A stretch of DNA of 64,000 nucleotides from Cirrosporium novae-zelandiae (Eukaryota), in NCBI GenBank assembly GCA_026023565.1, contig JAPETS010000039.1, forward strand, positions 1 through 64,000, given 5' to 3'. How positions within the stretch are numbered: position 1 is the stretch's first letter; each line of letters starts with the position of its first letter. Positions 1 through 12,493 of this stretch are shown piece by piece. The notes below the pieces were generated by a model. It searched no databases and was not told the origin of the DNA. It worked only from the letters and a program-made list of their open reading frames with translations. The position numbers and the translations under genes are program-made.

Positions 1-1048
1 TACAATCACGAAAGGCCGAGTACGAAAAAGGGCCGGGTACGACCACCCGCGCCGGCGAGGGTGGACGGCCTCCCGTGGCAGCTCGCGACCTCTCCCCTGG
101 ATGGCTCGCATCAGCAGCTCCAGGAGCTGTATTAACCTGATCATCAGAAGAGCCTCAATGATGACGACGAGGATGATCCTGGCAGTCGAACTCAGCTTTG
201 GCTTCATGGAAACAGCGCCAAGTTTTTTGTATGCAGGGACGAGTATAACGCACTCGTATCATGCATCATTCCTCGTCCATACCGCCGGCAATTGGCGACG
301 ACGACAGCCACAGACAGATGGCATCTGACCGCTTCTCCAGAAGAACATGGTGAAATTACAATCGGCATGACTCGATGAATTAGCCACATAGTTTTGTAGA
401 TATCGGAAATTATTTGACCAAAGAGAGAGAGGGTCAAGAGCTTGTAGGCAATAAGCTGAGACAGGAGAGAAAGACTATTTTCCTAGCTGTTGAAAGGTTT
501 GATATGGAGATAATCAACCACAGTAAGTTGTGTCATGATTCCAGTTTTTTTCAAGAGTGTAAAGACATGTCCATGCAACTAGTGCTAGTTACCTCGACAG
601 TAGTATTGCTTTATCATATCTTTCGGCTTCTTCGGCATCCTGGGTCTGTCTTTGTTTGTCATTTTGATTTTTCTCCAAATATTCTCGAAGGAATTTAGAG
701 TTGAGTTTGAGGCTATGTGTGTGGGAAAGATAAAAGAAATAATGTCAAACTGTCGGCTCATGGTCATACAGGACCACAGCCACATCATGTGTTTATCAGG
801 AAAACTCGGAAAATGGGACACAACCTTTCTACGTAACATTCCTCCAAGGGGCTTCCTAAGGCTTTCTAGGGCCTGACTTGAGCCTGGCGTGCCAGGGTTT
901 AGAAGGGCACTGTACCATGCATCGGCCCCGCAGATCGCCGCATCTCGGCATTGGTTCCACTCACCAATTCAATCCTAATTCAGGTCAAGTTCGCCCAGAC
1001 TTTGCCAGCCTCTGCTAAACTCTGACAAACTCATCGTTTCTTATCCAG

Positions 1049-1092
1049 AAATCCCAGGCAAATCCCAAGCAAATCCCAAGCAAATCCCAGGC
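1049..1092. repeat. Short tandem repeat of a 10-mer (AAATCCCARG/C), ~4 copies
   Basis: aaatcccaggc aaatcccaagc aaatcccaagc aaatcccaggc read directly (unit 10-11 nt). Confidence 0.7.
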
Positions 1093-1492
1093 ACTCCCAT
1101 GGCAATCCTCCATCATCATATCCACTTCGTTCCTAAGGGGTTGGAAGGGGTTTTTGCTGTTGCATATTTAGACATGCTCGAATTTTCACCGCTCACTGCC
1201 GAGCAAAAAAAGTTTGCAGTCCAGTTGTCGAGTCAACTGCTGCCCATTGCGCAGACAATGGAGATAATTAATAATGAACCTATTTCTTTCTTTTGTTTTA
1301 CTACAAGATACACAGCTTGCTCACATTCCCAGGGTCGATATCTCTTATCTAGGTACCTCATGTTTGGTCGAACAACCAATACCGAAGCTCTCCTCTATCA
1401 GCCTTCCTATCCTCGAAGCTCTACTTTCGAACGTATAGCTGACCCTTTTCTTGGCTTGCCCAAAGTAGCTGCGAGATTTTCAGCTACCACCC

Positions 1493-2497
1493 ATGGCATT
1501 CTATGCTACCTACGAGTATGAAAGTGAATTCAATAACCGCCAGCTATCATCACGATTCTCCTCTTCGGACACTTTGGTTGAGATGGGCCGGAACACAGGT
1601 GTCATTTCCAAGGTACTAGAGAAAGATGAATCTTTCATGGCAAAGAAAATGGGCAAAATGAGGCTAAATAAGCGTGGGAAACGATACAATTATCCATCTG
1701 ATTGTGAGGAATCCATCAGCTCCGACGACGATGATATGCTTGCGATTCGCGGCTCAAAGTCTCTGGCTTCCTCCTCTCTTATTCTTGATATGCTGCCCCC
1801 TGAGGTTCGCCTTATCATATACGAAAAGGTCCTTAATGCTAGGGATGATGGTGAAGAGGAGGCCGATGACACAGGCTCAGAATCTGTGTTTGCTGTCTAC
1901 TATGATACGGGAATGATTGATACGATAGTTGCCCATAGAGCTGCCAGGCTCTCCGCAGTCTGCAAGGCATTCCACGAGGAATTATGGACACACTATTTGC
2001 GGCAAACCAAATTCTGGTTCACTCCAGCTTCCCTAGTTAGATTCCTCCTGAAGGGTCTAAACCCAAAAAATGCAGACCTTCCTCGAACCATGAAAATCGA
2101 TCTTTACCCAACAACACATCAAAGAGGGAAGTTGAACTTGCGTGTGGCGTGTGCATGCTTGAAAGATCCACTGAACAATACTGCATTTAACGACACACAC
2201 TGCCAATCATGTCCAAAGCATAACCGTTCGGCCGCACCTCCGCCTTTACATCCGAGCCTAGCTTCATACCCCCCATTAAGCCCTCAGACCTTGATTCTAA
2301 ACATGTCACTCACCGAACATAGTGATCTTGAAGAGATTCTATTCGTGCTGAATGCCTTTAGAGGGCTCTTCAAGAATGTGGAAACCTATAACTTCAATAT
2401 CAAGGGTCATCAGCATAAGCATTTCAAGACGGTACAACAGCACGTGGAAAGGATGCGTTTGTGCACAAGAAAGCGTGGGACGCCTCCAGCTTTATGA
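1493..2497 (+). CDS. Hypothetical protein with F-box-like motif (334 aa)
   Basis: Long intronless ORF. The motif LILDMLPPEVRLIIYEKVL resembles the fungal F-box-like L..LP.E+R..IY..+L signature. Confidence 0.6.
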   Translation: MAFYATYEYESEFNNRQLSSRFSSSDTLVEMGRNTGVISKVLEKDESFMAKKMGKMRLNKRGKRYNYPSDCEESISSDDDDMLAIRGSKSLASSSLILDMLPPEVRLIIYEKVLNARDDGEEEADDTGSESVFAVYYDTGMIDTIVAHRAARLSAVCKAFHEELWTHYLRQTKFWFTPASLVRFLLKGLNPKNADLPRTMKIDLYPTTHQRGKLNLRVACACLKDPLNNTAFNDTHCQSCPKHNRSAAPPPLHPSLASYPPLSPQTLILNMSLTEHSDLEEILFVLNAFRGLFKNVETYNFNIKGHQHKHFKTVQQHVERMRLCTRKRGTPPAL

Positions 2498-3740
2498 TTA
2501 ATGGGGGCTTAATTCTGAAGTCTTTCCCTTGACATCTTATTCTTTTAGCCAAAAGGAGAGTTGAGACCCGAGATGAAACTTACTACGTTCATATTCATGC
2601 ACCAAGCGCCAGACACCAACAATCAGGGTCAAGAAAATCTTATCATAAAGCCCACCCACCTCAGCCAGACAAGTCCACCGGCGTCGACCTCAATCGCATA
2701 GACCTCGGAATACTTAAGCTAGAAACTACATTCTAATTTTTTCGAGGATTGGAGACTTTTCTTTTCTATTCTTTATTTTCTACTTCTTTCTAAATCGTTA
2801 TCTTCAACTACTTAGCGGACATCACGATTCTCAGAATAGCTTCGTTATCATCAGGTTCTTATTGTCGCGCTAGATACCCCATTGTACCGCTTGTCATTTC
2901 ATGGATTGCATACATACCCGAGGCGTTCTTTTTCTTCAAAGACCAAGATTCTTTCTAGAGACGTGAGGGATACGGGTGTCTTGATTAAAGACAAGCCTAT
3001 TGGTTGCTGCTAGGAATAGACAGGCCCTGGACAGGGGGCGAGGTATTAGACATCCCGGACTCAAAGTCCCAAGAGATATAGAAATGTCTTCATTCTTCAA
3101 ATGCAAGAGTCTATCTATAGACTATATGTATGCATTGAAGAGGGAAAGGAGATAAAAAAAACATAATTCAATTAGCAATCTCTACTCTATTACCAAAACA
3201 TCCATCTATCCATAACGCACTCATGGAAACAAAGCATATCTAGCCCAGTCTAACCTAATCCCATCTAATCCAGTCCACTTTAATTCAGAAAATACCTATC
3301 TGTCTACCTGCCTACCGCCTACTTAATCTTCCTCGACTAAAGAGAGAGCTATTGCTGTTTATGGAAGCGAGTTAATATAACACCTTCAGGTTTTTTTTAA
3401 AGAAACTAACAATAGGAATACCACTTATATAATGGGAGCATCCGAGTAGCCTTCATGGTATTCCGGCATACGAAGCCTCGGCAAGGCGTTTGCCCTCAAG
3501 CGTATCATACCGTAAGTGCTTTGACGCGCGGTACCATCTTTGATAATAAAGAATGTTGCTTGGTTATTTAACAGTCACCAGAACCTCCCCAGAATCGACG
3601 GGTTGTCCCTAAATCCAAGGTCTTAGCCTCCCATCCACAACAGGAAAGACATCGAGAAATGCAATGAAGAAACATACAAGCATATAAACGTTCTCCGAGA
3701 CTTCTTTGCTTTTTCCCACAAATATGAAATAGTGTTGTTG

Positions 3741-5040
3741 ATAGACCAGACCGTCTATTTGGTCTGGTCTATTCCCCTTCGCTGACTATTACCTTCAGCC
3801 AAAGTCTTCTACATTATTCAACTTACATTACTACCCGATTCTATCCGAAAACATTCCGATATTTAAATATCGTTGTTTTTGTCTTTAATTGGAACAACAC
3901 CTTGCATCATATTTCTATTCCAAAAAGTTATGTTACCAAGGCCCCTAGATTTTCGTTAATCCCCCTTATTTTCCTTATTCCCATCTTCTCTCCGACTCTT
4001 TCCTTTTACCTTCAACCTATTGAAAATCAAGTAAGGCCTTCTCTATTCATTACGTTATATTCTTACTAACCTCTATAGAAGTATTTTCATAGATGAAGTA
4101 TCGTCGCTCTTTTCAAAATCACTTTATTCCATGCCATGGAGGGCGTCGACGAAGGAGGCATCGAGCAAGAGCGAGAGGAATTCGAGCTTTATCTATCCAC
4201 CCTACCAGCGAGCCAGAAACGTCATTATGCAAGAAATAGGATTCATATTTTGGCAAGATCCGCAAAGGGGGTCTTAACAAAGCAGCTACATTGATAGAGC
4301 GCTTTCCTTCCATGTCATTCTGGAAAGAGGAATATTCTCATTATGACGAGTACTATCGGACATTTGATGCCGAGTCTCTAGAATTGATCAAAAGCGAAGG
4401 TACAGAATCCAAAAAAGTACATGCTCTAAGGACGATGCAGCAAAATTGGAACCAAGATAAAGATGCCCTCGAGGCGACGTTTTACCTAGAAGGAAACGGA
4501 TCTTTATCTATACAAATCTACCAAAATATTGCAAGTCTTTCGAAAACGACATCCTAGGAAGAATCAAAGCATACATTATTGGCTAAGATGAACGCTGGGG
4601 CTAATAAAATGCATAGCCGTCAAGGGCAATCAAGATTAAAACATTTGTTTCCTTCAAACTTTAAGCCTGTCTATACCGATTTAGATTTTGGCGATGTGCC
4701 TGGCCCTTCCCATAGGAGGAAAAGAAACCGTTTTAGAAATGTTTTATTTGATATTCTATCCTCCTCTGAATCTGGGAGCTAATGTTTAGGGAATAAGAAT
4801 GGGTTTTCCGGTGATATTGACAATGATGATTCTACTGAGGCGGCACGAGAACTTCCAGATTCTCTATCAAACGACTTTTTTTCCTGAGAATGTCGAGCCC
4901 TTCAACGCAGATGCTTTTGGTACTGAGCCAGAAAGTTTCTAGTTACCCATTAACCAGACATCGTCAATGGATGTTAGTAATACGCAGGGTTAGGAATAGA
5001 CCAGACCGACCAGGGAAGAGAAAATAGACAGACCGTCTAG
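3741..5040. mobile_element. Probable decayed non-autonomous DNA transposon with inverted TAGACCAGACC terminal motifs
   Basis: Left end: hairpin ATAGACCAGACC-gtctattt-GGTCTGGTCTAT (3741-3772). Right end: GGAATAGACCAGACC (4993-5007), the reverse complement of 3761-3775, followed by AAATAGACAGACCGTCTA. A stop-interrupted reading frame lies between them. Confidence 0.5.
4093..4890 (+). pseudogene. Interrupted reading frame inside the putative element
   Basis: One frame joins ORF-track pieces 4291-4557 and 4579-4782, broken by TAG 4237-4239, TAG 4555-4557 and TAA 4780-4782. An intron-like GTAAGG...CTAAC...TAG lies upstream (4031-4078). No family recognised. Confidence 0.4.
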
Positions 5041-5582
5041 TCACATGATGTAACAGGGCTTTGATTGGTCAGTTAATGATTATTATATAACATATAAATC
5101 AAAGTTTTGGCAGAAGCTTTTGGTGTTGACTTTCATCTTTCCTCCCTTGCCCCATTAGACTAAATAGTATTCTACTACTCATTGTCCTTAATTCTCCGGC
5201 TCTTCCCAATTATAATATAAAATCGTAAGATAAAAGGAAAGCCAAAAAAAACGACGTGGGATTATTTAAACTATCTAATCCGCTCAGGATAATTACTTGT
5301 GTAGATGTGAATGGATGGATGGATACATAATGTTTGAAATGGTAGGGATAAGATATATAGATATATAGCCTAGGCTGCGCTGGATCGTAACATATTATTA
5401 TTATTATTATTATTATCATCGCTGTTGCTAGATCCTCCTCAACTTTAGACCTATAATCTAGTATATACATAAATATCGCATATTTCCAATACATGTTAAA
5501 ACCCTTTAACCTCCCTCCTTCCCTAGCTCAAAAAAAAAATACATAATCCTCCTCCTCCCATTCCGTTTTACCGCGGCAACGT

Positions 5583-6389
5583 CTATATAGCCCTCAAGCT
5601 CTCCCTATACCCACAAAACAAGCTCTTAAAGTCCCCCATCCCGACATTAGTAACCTGTCTCCACTCCTGCAACTCAGTCTCGCTCGCACCCCCATGCTGG
5701 CTGCGCCGCCTGAGGGCCATTTCTACCTGCTGACCCGTCCACCCTCTCCCGCACAGGCCGTAAATGATATCGAGGAGGCTGCAGGCCCATAGCGAGAGGG
5801 CGATAGCGAAGAGGAAGAAGCCGGTTATGATTGTGGCGATGCAGATGGGAATGAGTTTAATGGAGAGAAGGTGGTAGAGGGTGGCGAGGCTGTAGCCGTA
5901 GAGGATTAAGAAGCATGCGGAGAGGAGAAATGTGGTACAGATGTGGTCGTGATAGTCGAGGGGGGTATGCTTGGGCCGGCAGGAAACGAGATCCTGGGTT
6001 ATGTAGAGGGTTATTTTAGAGGTGAAGACGAAGAAGCCGATTATCGAGGCTATGATTGTTAGTGCGCAGGGACCGTGGGCCCAGTCATATTCGGTGGTGA
6101 GGAGGAGCATCGCCGGGTACCGTTCACGGAGTTGGAGGGCTATGTCGATTACGAAGAGGAGATTCAGGACCAGGAGCGTGACGAGCGTGACGAAGTGATT
6201 GCCGAGGAAGGCCCAGATGGCCACGTTGGACTTGGGGTGCGCCGAGAGGTCCGCGAGGGACCAGCTGCGGAGCCATCTTCGTATCACGTATATAGATAGA
6301 ATTATTAAGGTGAGCCATACTTCGATGAAGATCGTTTGGAATGGCATTAGGGAGTTGGAGAGGGCGCGGACAAGGGCTGGGAGAGCCAT
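5583..6389 (-). CDS. Hypothetical multi-pass membrane protein (268 aa)
   Basis: Intronless ORF with ~5 hydrophobic segments (e.g. IFIEVWLTLIILSIYVI, FVTLVTLLVLNLLFVIDIAL, LTIIASIIGFFVFT). Confidence 0.6.
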   Translation of the reverse strand: MALPALVRALSNSLMPFQTIFIEVWLTLIILSIYVIRRWLRSWSLADLSAHPKSNVAIWAFLGNHFVTLVTLLVLNLLFVIDIALQLRERYPAMLLLTTEYDWAHGPCALTIIASIIGFFVFTSKITLYITQDLVSCRPKHTPLDYHDHICTTFLLSACFLILYGYSLATLYHLLSIKLIPICIATIITGFFLFAIALSLWACSLLDIIYGLCGRGWTGQQVEMALRRRSQHGGASETELQEWRQVTNVGMGDFKSLFCGYRESLRAI

Positions 6390-6907
6390 ATCTCCTTGGA
6401 GGCTGTGTCATCTGGGGTCGAGGTCGTGGCGGGCATGGTAAATGAGGTGAGGGGTTGGGGATTAGCTGGATGTGTGGTTGGTATTTGGTATGGTGTTTTA
6501 TTGTAGCTACAGTAGCTCTTTATATAGATGAAGAGGGGATAAGAGGGTATATAAGTAAAGTCGCTGGTTTGTTGTACAGTACAAGATGCTGAAATGTATA
6601 GAGACTTAAATAGAGAAGCTCGGGGTGCTGAAATATGAAAAGAAAAGGCCGATTTTGAACTCAACTAGAACCAGGTGTGTTGGCTTGTAGGGCGCTATTG
6701 CCTCGCCCAGATCTCAACCCGGCGACTCTAAGTATACTTTCTGTTAATTGAACTTGTAGAACAGGACGGAACATAGAGGGGCATAATAAAATCATCACTG
6801 TTGTATTGGAATATGAATACAAATACCTTACTTTTCACCCATAAAAGACCCTAAATCCGTTAGTGTCCTATGTATTTCATCAAGACATACCATAGCATCA
6901 TGCACAT

Positions 6908-7795
6908 TCAGTCATCATGAGGATACACTACTACGTCCCCAGCTTGCTTTCCCATCTTCAACAGTCTATTCCTCATTGCTTCCGCTCTCACCTTTATATC
7001 GCCATCAAGTTCGGAAAAGTCGCTTTTCTCAATCCACTCCCTTATTCCATGTTGGAGTAGATTCCTCGCCCTTCCAGCTCCTCCATCTGTGCCAGTACTC
7101 CCCACACTCCCATGTAATGTCATTCTCTTCTTTCCCGCCTTGTAGACCCCTCGATGCAATATATTGTTATTATAGAATATAGCATCTCCAGGCTGTAATT
7201 TTACAACTTTCATCCCAAGCATATTCTTCTCGAATGGCTCTGCATTGCGTTCCTCTTCTGTGCGTGGCCGTAGATGGCTTCCTGGAACAACAACCAAACT
7301 TTCATCTTCATGCAAAGCAATGTTGTACTGTGAATGTACCTTTGGTATCGCTAACCTCTCCAACTCTTCCTCCGTTGTAGCTGTGTTGGAAATCGAGTCT
7401 CTATGCCAGCGTAACTCAAAATCTTTTTCTACACCAACTAACATGTTGAATAATTCCATCATGAGGTCATCGTCTCCACACCGGAGGAGCTGTTTCACAA
7501 CATCTAGAATCTCATTGCTGAAATATAGCTTCGCAAAAAGCTCATGATTGGGGAGATCAGGGTGCAGGAGATGCTGGACACCCCAGATGCCGTCGGATGA
7601 AGGGGTCGAGGGCCAGGGTGGGAATTGCTTAGGGAGAGTTCTGATATAAGGCCATTTGCTAGTACGTGCAAGTGAGGTGACAGCCGAGGAGGCAGTGCAA
7701 AGTGAGGACAGGAGTGGTTGGGGGATAAGAGAGGGGATTAGGACGAAGCCGTCCTTGTTAAGTGAGGAAAGGAGAGGAGATTCTGAAGACGACAT
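6908..7795 (-). CDS. Phytanoyl-CoA dioxygenase (PhyH)-family Fe(II)/2-oxoglutarate dioxygenase (~295 aa)
   Basis: Motifs DGFVLIP, WHRD (HxD), VVPGSH and PGDAIFYNNNILHRG (distal His). Start set at ATG 7795 (MSSSESP) rather than the ORF-track non-ATG start. Confidence 0.85.
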   Translation of the reverse strand: MSSSESPLLSSLNKDGFVLIPSLIPQPLLSSLCTASSAVTSLARTSKWPYIRTLPKQFPPWPSTPSSDGIWGVQHLLHPDLPNHELFAKLYFSNEILDVVKQLLRCGDDDLMMELFNMLVGVEKDFELRWHRDSISNTATTEEELERLAIPKVHSQYNIALHEDESLVVVPGSHLRPRTEEERNAEPFEKNMLGMKVVKLQPGDAIFYNNNILHRGVYKAGKKRMTLHGSVGSTGTDGGAGRARNLLQHGIREWIEKSDFSELDGDIKVRAEAMRNRLLKMGKQAGDVVVYPHDD

Positions 7796-8665
7796 GATTG
7801 TTGATGCAAAATTCAATTGATGGCAATGTATGAGGGACTTGGTAATAACTACAAAGTAATAAGCTTTAAGATAAAGCTTGCTTATCAGCCTCGGCAAAAC
7901 CCGCATTTGCAAACAGAGCAAACAACTAGCTCCCCACTAGCGTCCTTCTAACTCTATAAATTTCGCTCCCCTTCCCACTTCTTCCTCTTCTTTTTCTTTT
8001 CTTCTTCATACTTACCTTGAGTCGAAAACCGCAATCAAAAAGGCGGTTCTTCAAAGGCAAAACCCTGCATTGCACAGCGCGGTGGTGATGCCTTTCGAGT
8101 AGTCTTCGGGCTCCTCGGACTCGTAATTTTTGATGGCTGTCCTCAATAGGGATTCTTTTCATTGATGGTCTCGCTTTATGTGGGAGTTTGAAGAAGAGAT
8201 GACATGTGTAGGTTCGGCGCTATTGCTACTGAGGGGCTATCAAATTCTATTTTTCCCTTGTAAGGCCGTTATTGCTTGATATACTTTCTGTAGTTGGCTT
8301 GCAATAGAAGATCTCAAGTAAAGGAGAGCGAACAAGGAGGACACCTTCAATGATCGATAACCTCGTCAAGGGAGCTTACAACGGTATTTCAGGATGCTTA
8401 CTCGATAACATTCAAGAAAATTGAAGAAATTAAGGATCTGTATATTTGTATAGATGTAAGAGCTAGGTGATGAGCTTGCTCTGGTGCAAACAAAGCAAAA
8501 TGTATCTAATCATCCAATGAATAGACCCGTGAGGGCTCAAAACAGTCACAAATCCTATCCCCGCCCTCAATTTCTTGCCCCGCCCCGCCATTCACAACAA
8601 TTCCCAATTCGCTAAGTCACCCTAGATCTGTCATTCCCTCCATACCATATTGATGCTCTCTTTAG

Positions 8666-11009
8666 ATGCAAAAGCTTTTTCTCCCTACGAAGCTTCAATT
8701 TTCTCCGTATCTTAGGATTTTGAAACCCACATTAAAACTTCGAACGTTTGCAGCAACAGCCTTCCACCACCGATTTCAGCCTGTTAAACCAAAAGAAATT
8801 AAGCCAGCCATCATGGCGGATATCAAGACAAGAACCGGCCAGCCATTGGATAGGGCAACCTTGGATTCTTTACTGCGAAGGCGCATGTTTTATACGCCCT
8901 CATTCGAAATATATCAGGGTGTTTCGGGCTTGTATGATTATGGCCCTCCTGGCTGTGCGCTACTGAACAATATTGTGGATTTATGGAGGAAGCACTTTGT
9001 ATTAGAAGAAGATATGTTAGGTATATTCACTAGAGGCTGCTTAAACGACCTTTGCTAATATAATATCCACAGAGGTCGACTGTACAGCCCTCACACCACA
9101 TGAAGTCTTGAAGACGAGCGGTCACGTTGATAAGTTTGCGGATTGGATGTGTAAAGGTGAGCTAACTTCTCAGATCATGCCAATCAAGGTAAACTGACCA
9201 TTGAACTTGTAAAGATCCTAAGACCGGGGAAATCTTTAGAGCCGACCACTTGGTTGAAGAAGTCTTAGAGGCACGTCTGAAAGGAGATAAAGAAGCCCGA
9301 GGCCATAAAGTTGAGGTAGATGAGGAAAAGGAAGCAAAGAAAAAGAAGAAGTTCAAGCATAAACAAGAGGCAGTCAAACTAGATGATGCTTTGGTAAAGG
9401 AATACGAAGGAGTGCTTGCCAAGGTTTGTCCACTAACGACTATTCAATCAAGGATATCTAACCTCTATGACAGATTGATAATTATGGCGGTCCCGAACTT
9501 GGAGATCTGATAAAAAAATACAACATAAAAAATCCAGCTCCTCCTCACAATGAACTTCTTCCTCCCGTCTCCTTCAATCTGATGTTTCAAACGAGCATAG
9601 GTAGATTTCCTATATTGCGTTTTTAGTCCTATGGCTCTGACATTATAATTACAGGTCCCAGCGGCCAGCTACCTGGCTACCTCCGTCCAGAAACTGCGCA
9701 AGGTCAATTCCTTAATTTCCAAAAGCTTTTGGAATTCAACCAAAATTCTATGCCTTTTGCCTCCGCTTCAATTGGCAAGTCCTTTAGAAATGAAATCTCT
9801 CCACGAAGTGGCCTACTACGTGTACGGGAATTTCTTATGGCGGAGATTGAACACTTTGTGGACCCCGAGGGCGGCAAGAGGCACCCGCGATTCCACGAAG
9901 TTGAAAACATCAAGCTTTCCCTTCTTCCACGGGAAACACAACTTAAGGGTTCTACGGCTATAGAGACAAAGACCATCGGGCAAGCCGTGGCGGACCATAC
10001 AATTGATAATGAAACTTTAGGCTACTTCATCGGCCGAATCCAGCTTTTCCTTGAGGCTCTCGGCGTTGACCATTCAAAACTACGCTTCCGACAACACATG
10101 AAGAACGAAATGGCGCATTATGCTACTGACTGCTGGGATGCTGAACTCTTTACCTCATTCGGTTGGATTGAATGCGTTGGCTGTGCTGACAGATCTGCCT
10201 ACGACTTGACTGTACATGCTAAGAAGACTGGTGCCCCGTTGTGTGTGCGCCAGACCCGCGATGAGCCTCTCCGCATTGAAGAATTCCAGATTGACTTGGA
10301 CAAGAAGAAATTCGGCCCCAAGTTCAAGAAGGACGGGAAAGCCGTTGAAGCCGCTGTTATGGCGCTATCACAGGAAATGCGGGAGAAGCTATCCCTAGAT
10401 CTAAAAAATTCTGGAAAGATGGAAGTCGATGTCCTTACCGTTGGTGACGGCAAAGTAACCCTTGAGAAGGACATTATTAACATTGAGAAGCGCACAAGAG
10501 TTGAGAATGTGAGAGAATACACTCCAAACGTGATAGAGCCCTCGTTTGGGATTGGACGTATTCTGTATAGTCTCATTGAGCACGTTTACTGGTCGCGCGA
10601 GGGAGATGAGGCTCGTGGTGTTCTTTCATTCCCCCCCATCTTAGCGCCGACCAAGGTTCTTCTTGTTCCCCTCTCTGGCCACAAAGATTTCGTCCCCATT
10701 GTAAAATCGCTCACTAGTACTTTGCGGAAAATGCGTGTCGCCTTCCGTGTTGACGATTCATCGGCCAGCATCGGTAAACGTTACTCTCGAAATGATGAAC
10801 TTGGTACCCCACTTGGTATTACCGTGGATTTCCAGAGTGTCAAGGACAACACAGTGACGCTAAGAGAACGTGATTCTACCAAGCAGGTGAGGGGCAGCGT
10901 GGAAGAGATTTGTCAAGCGATTAGAAATATTGTTGAGGGCATGGAGATATGGAACGAGGTGAGGAGCAGGATGCAAGAGTTTGTTAGTCAGGACCTTGAA
11001 GAAAAGTAA
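8666..11009 (+). CDS. GRS1: Glycyl-tRNA synthetase (eukaryotic alpha2 type), 5 exons
   Basis: Exons 8666-9020, 9073-9156, 9215-9423, 9474-9600, 9655-11009. Motifs [53 protein letters not shown] and anticodon-domain [13 protein letters not shown]. Confidence 0.97.
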
Positions 11010-12423
11010 ACACCCAATCGCATCAGAGGAAAATAGCATTACCAAGAAGCCGTGAAGCTCGTTTAACGACGGAGAGAGAAATATAGGGGCGGTCAACTAG
11101 ATTCTAGATAGGTGCATGCTGCATGGTATGTTGTAGGACAATGAGAAAGAAAAGGACCGAATGAGTTCAGTAATTTGGATTACCTTACTACAACAACTCT
11201 ACAACATCAATAAGGAACTTGGAAGAGCACGGTCTCAAAGAGCCAAACAGAATAATCATTAGCTGAAAAATGTGCTTTGAAGTACAAAGCACATGGTACT
11301 CAAACGTATCGTCAACTGGCATAGGGGCTATACAACCAACCTATCACTAATCTGCCTAAGTAGGTACTCGATATAAATTAGGATAGGAACTAGAACAATA
11401 TTCTAGCCAAGCTTTATTGAGTCATGTCTGGTTTATGGGCCCCTAGTCCTTAGCGTCGACAGAAGGGAGCTTCCAAACTTGTTTCCAAGATCCGAAGGGT
11501 GGAGTGAAAGATCTCTAAAGAACATAGACAGTATGGTCCTCCGTCGCCGGCTTGCGCCATCATGCCATAGTCCAACGGGTTCAAAGTTGAAAATATTTCC
11601 GAAAAACCCCAAATACCTTTGTCTATTCATGGACAATTCGGACAATTTTCGCAAAAATATGGGTTCTTCAGAATTCAAGCTACGTCTGAGATTGCGGGGG
11701 GGTTATGATGATGATAGAGCCGACTGGTGGAAGAAGGATGGGAAGGACTATCTAGGGAGCTTCGTTGACACACGGAGAACTGAAGAGGCTTGTTCGTAAA
11801 TAGCGAAAACTAAAAATACTTGTTTGGGGTCGTATGGATTAGTTTCGTATTAGTACCATTGATACCAGTAATGCTTGGCATACCCGGAGGTTACAAGCAC
11901 CGATGCGGGACTCTGCTTGCAATGCTTTGAATTTTGGTAGTTTAAACCGCACATAATTTTCAAAAATGATGTAGTTTTGTCCTCCCCGATAACAGCAATG
12001 TGAAAATTCCAAATATTTAGATTTTCTTTTGAAATAATATATGGTGGCGAAATGCGAGTTGAATTAGTAGCCTAGAGCTTCCGCCAGCATTTAGAATTTC
12101 GATATTCCCACTGCCGAAAAGTCGCTTAGTTAGAATGAATGACATTACTGCCAAGGTATTTCTAGGTTTATCGTACTGAATATCGACGGGTTATACATTA
12201 CCGTCACTAGTTTTGAAACGTTGGTTTAATATCGATTTCGTTACCGATGCTCCACCATTCTTGAGCTTTACCCCACACAGTATCAGTTCCGGAAAGCATT
12301 CAGTGTTCTGCAATGCTACCGTACGCCCCCAATATTTGGAGCTTCCTCATGATTTCAATTTATATCCCGTTAAACAAATTGCATATGCTACCTGGTGTCG
12401 TGGTATTAATATCTGAACTTTTG

Positions 12424-12430
12424 TATATAA
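12424..12430 (+). promoter_or_regulatory. TATA box upstream of pectinesterase gene
   Basis: TATATAA about 65 nt before ATG 12494, followed by a CT-rich leader. Confidence 0.5.
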
Positions 12431-12493
12431 AGATGTCTGGATGACCTTCAGCTTCTTCACCTCCATCGGCCAAGAATTCCCCTTCTCTTTACC

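Noticed and set aside
1..370. GC-richer coding-like fragment at the window start
   Set aside because: Frame 1 has an internal stop, no family is recognisable, and the upstream context lies outside the window.
1099..1521. 140-aa ORF overlapping the F-box-like gene start
   Set aside because: No motifs, and it lies in the probable promoter/5' UTR of the longer downstream ORF.
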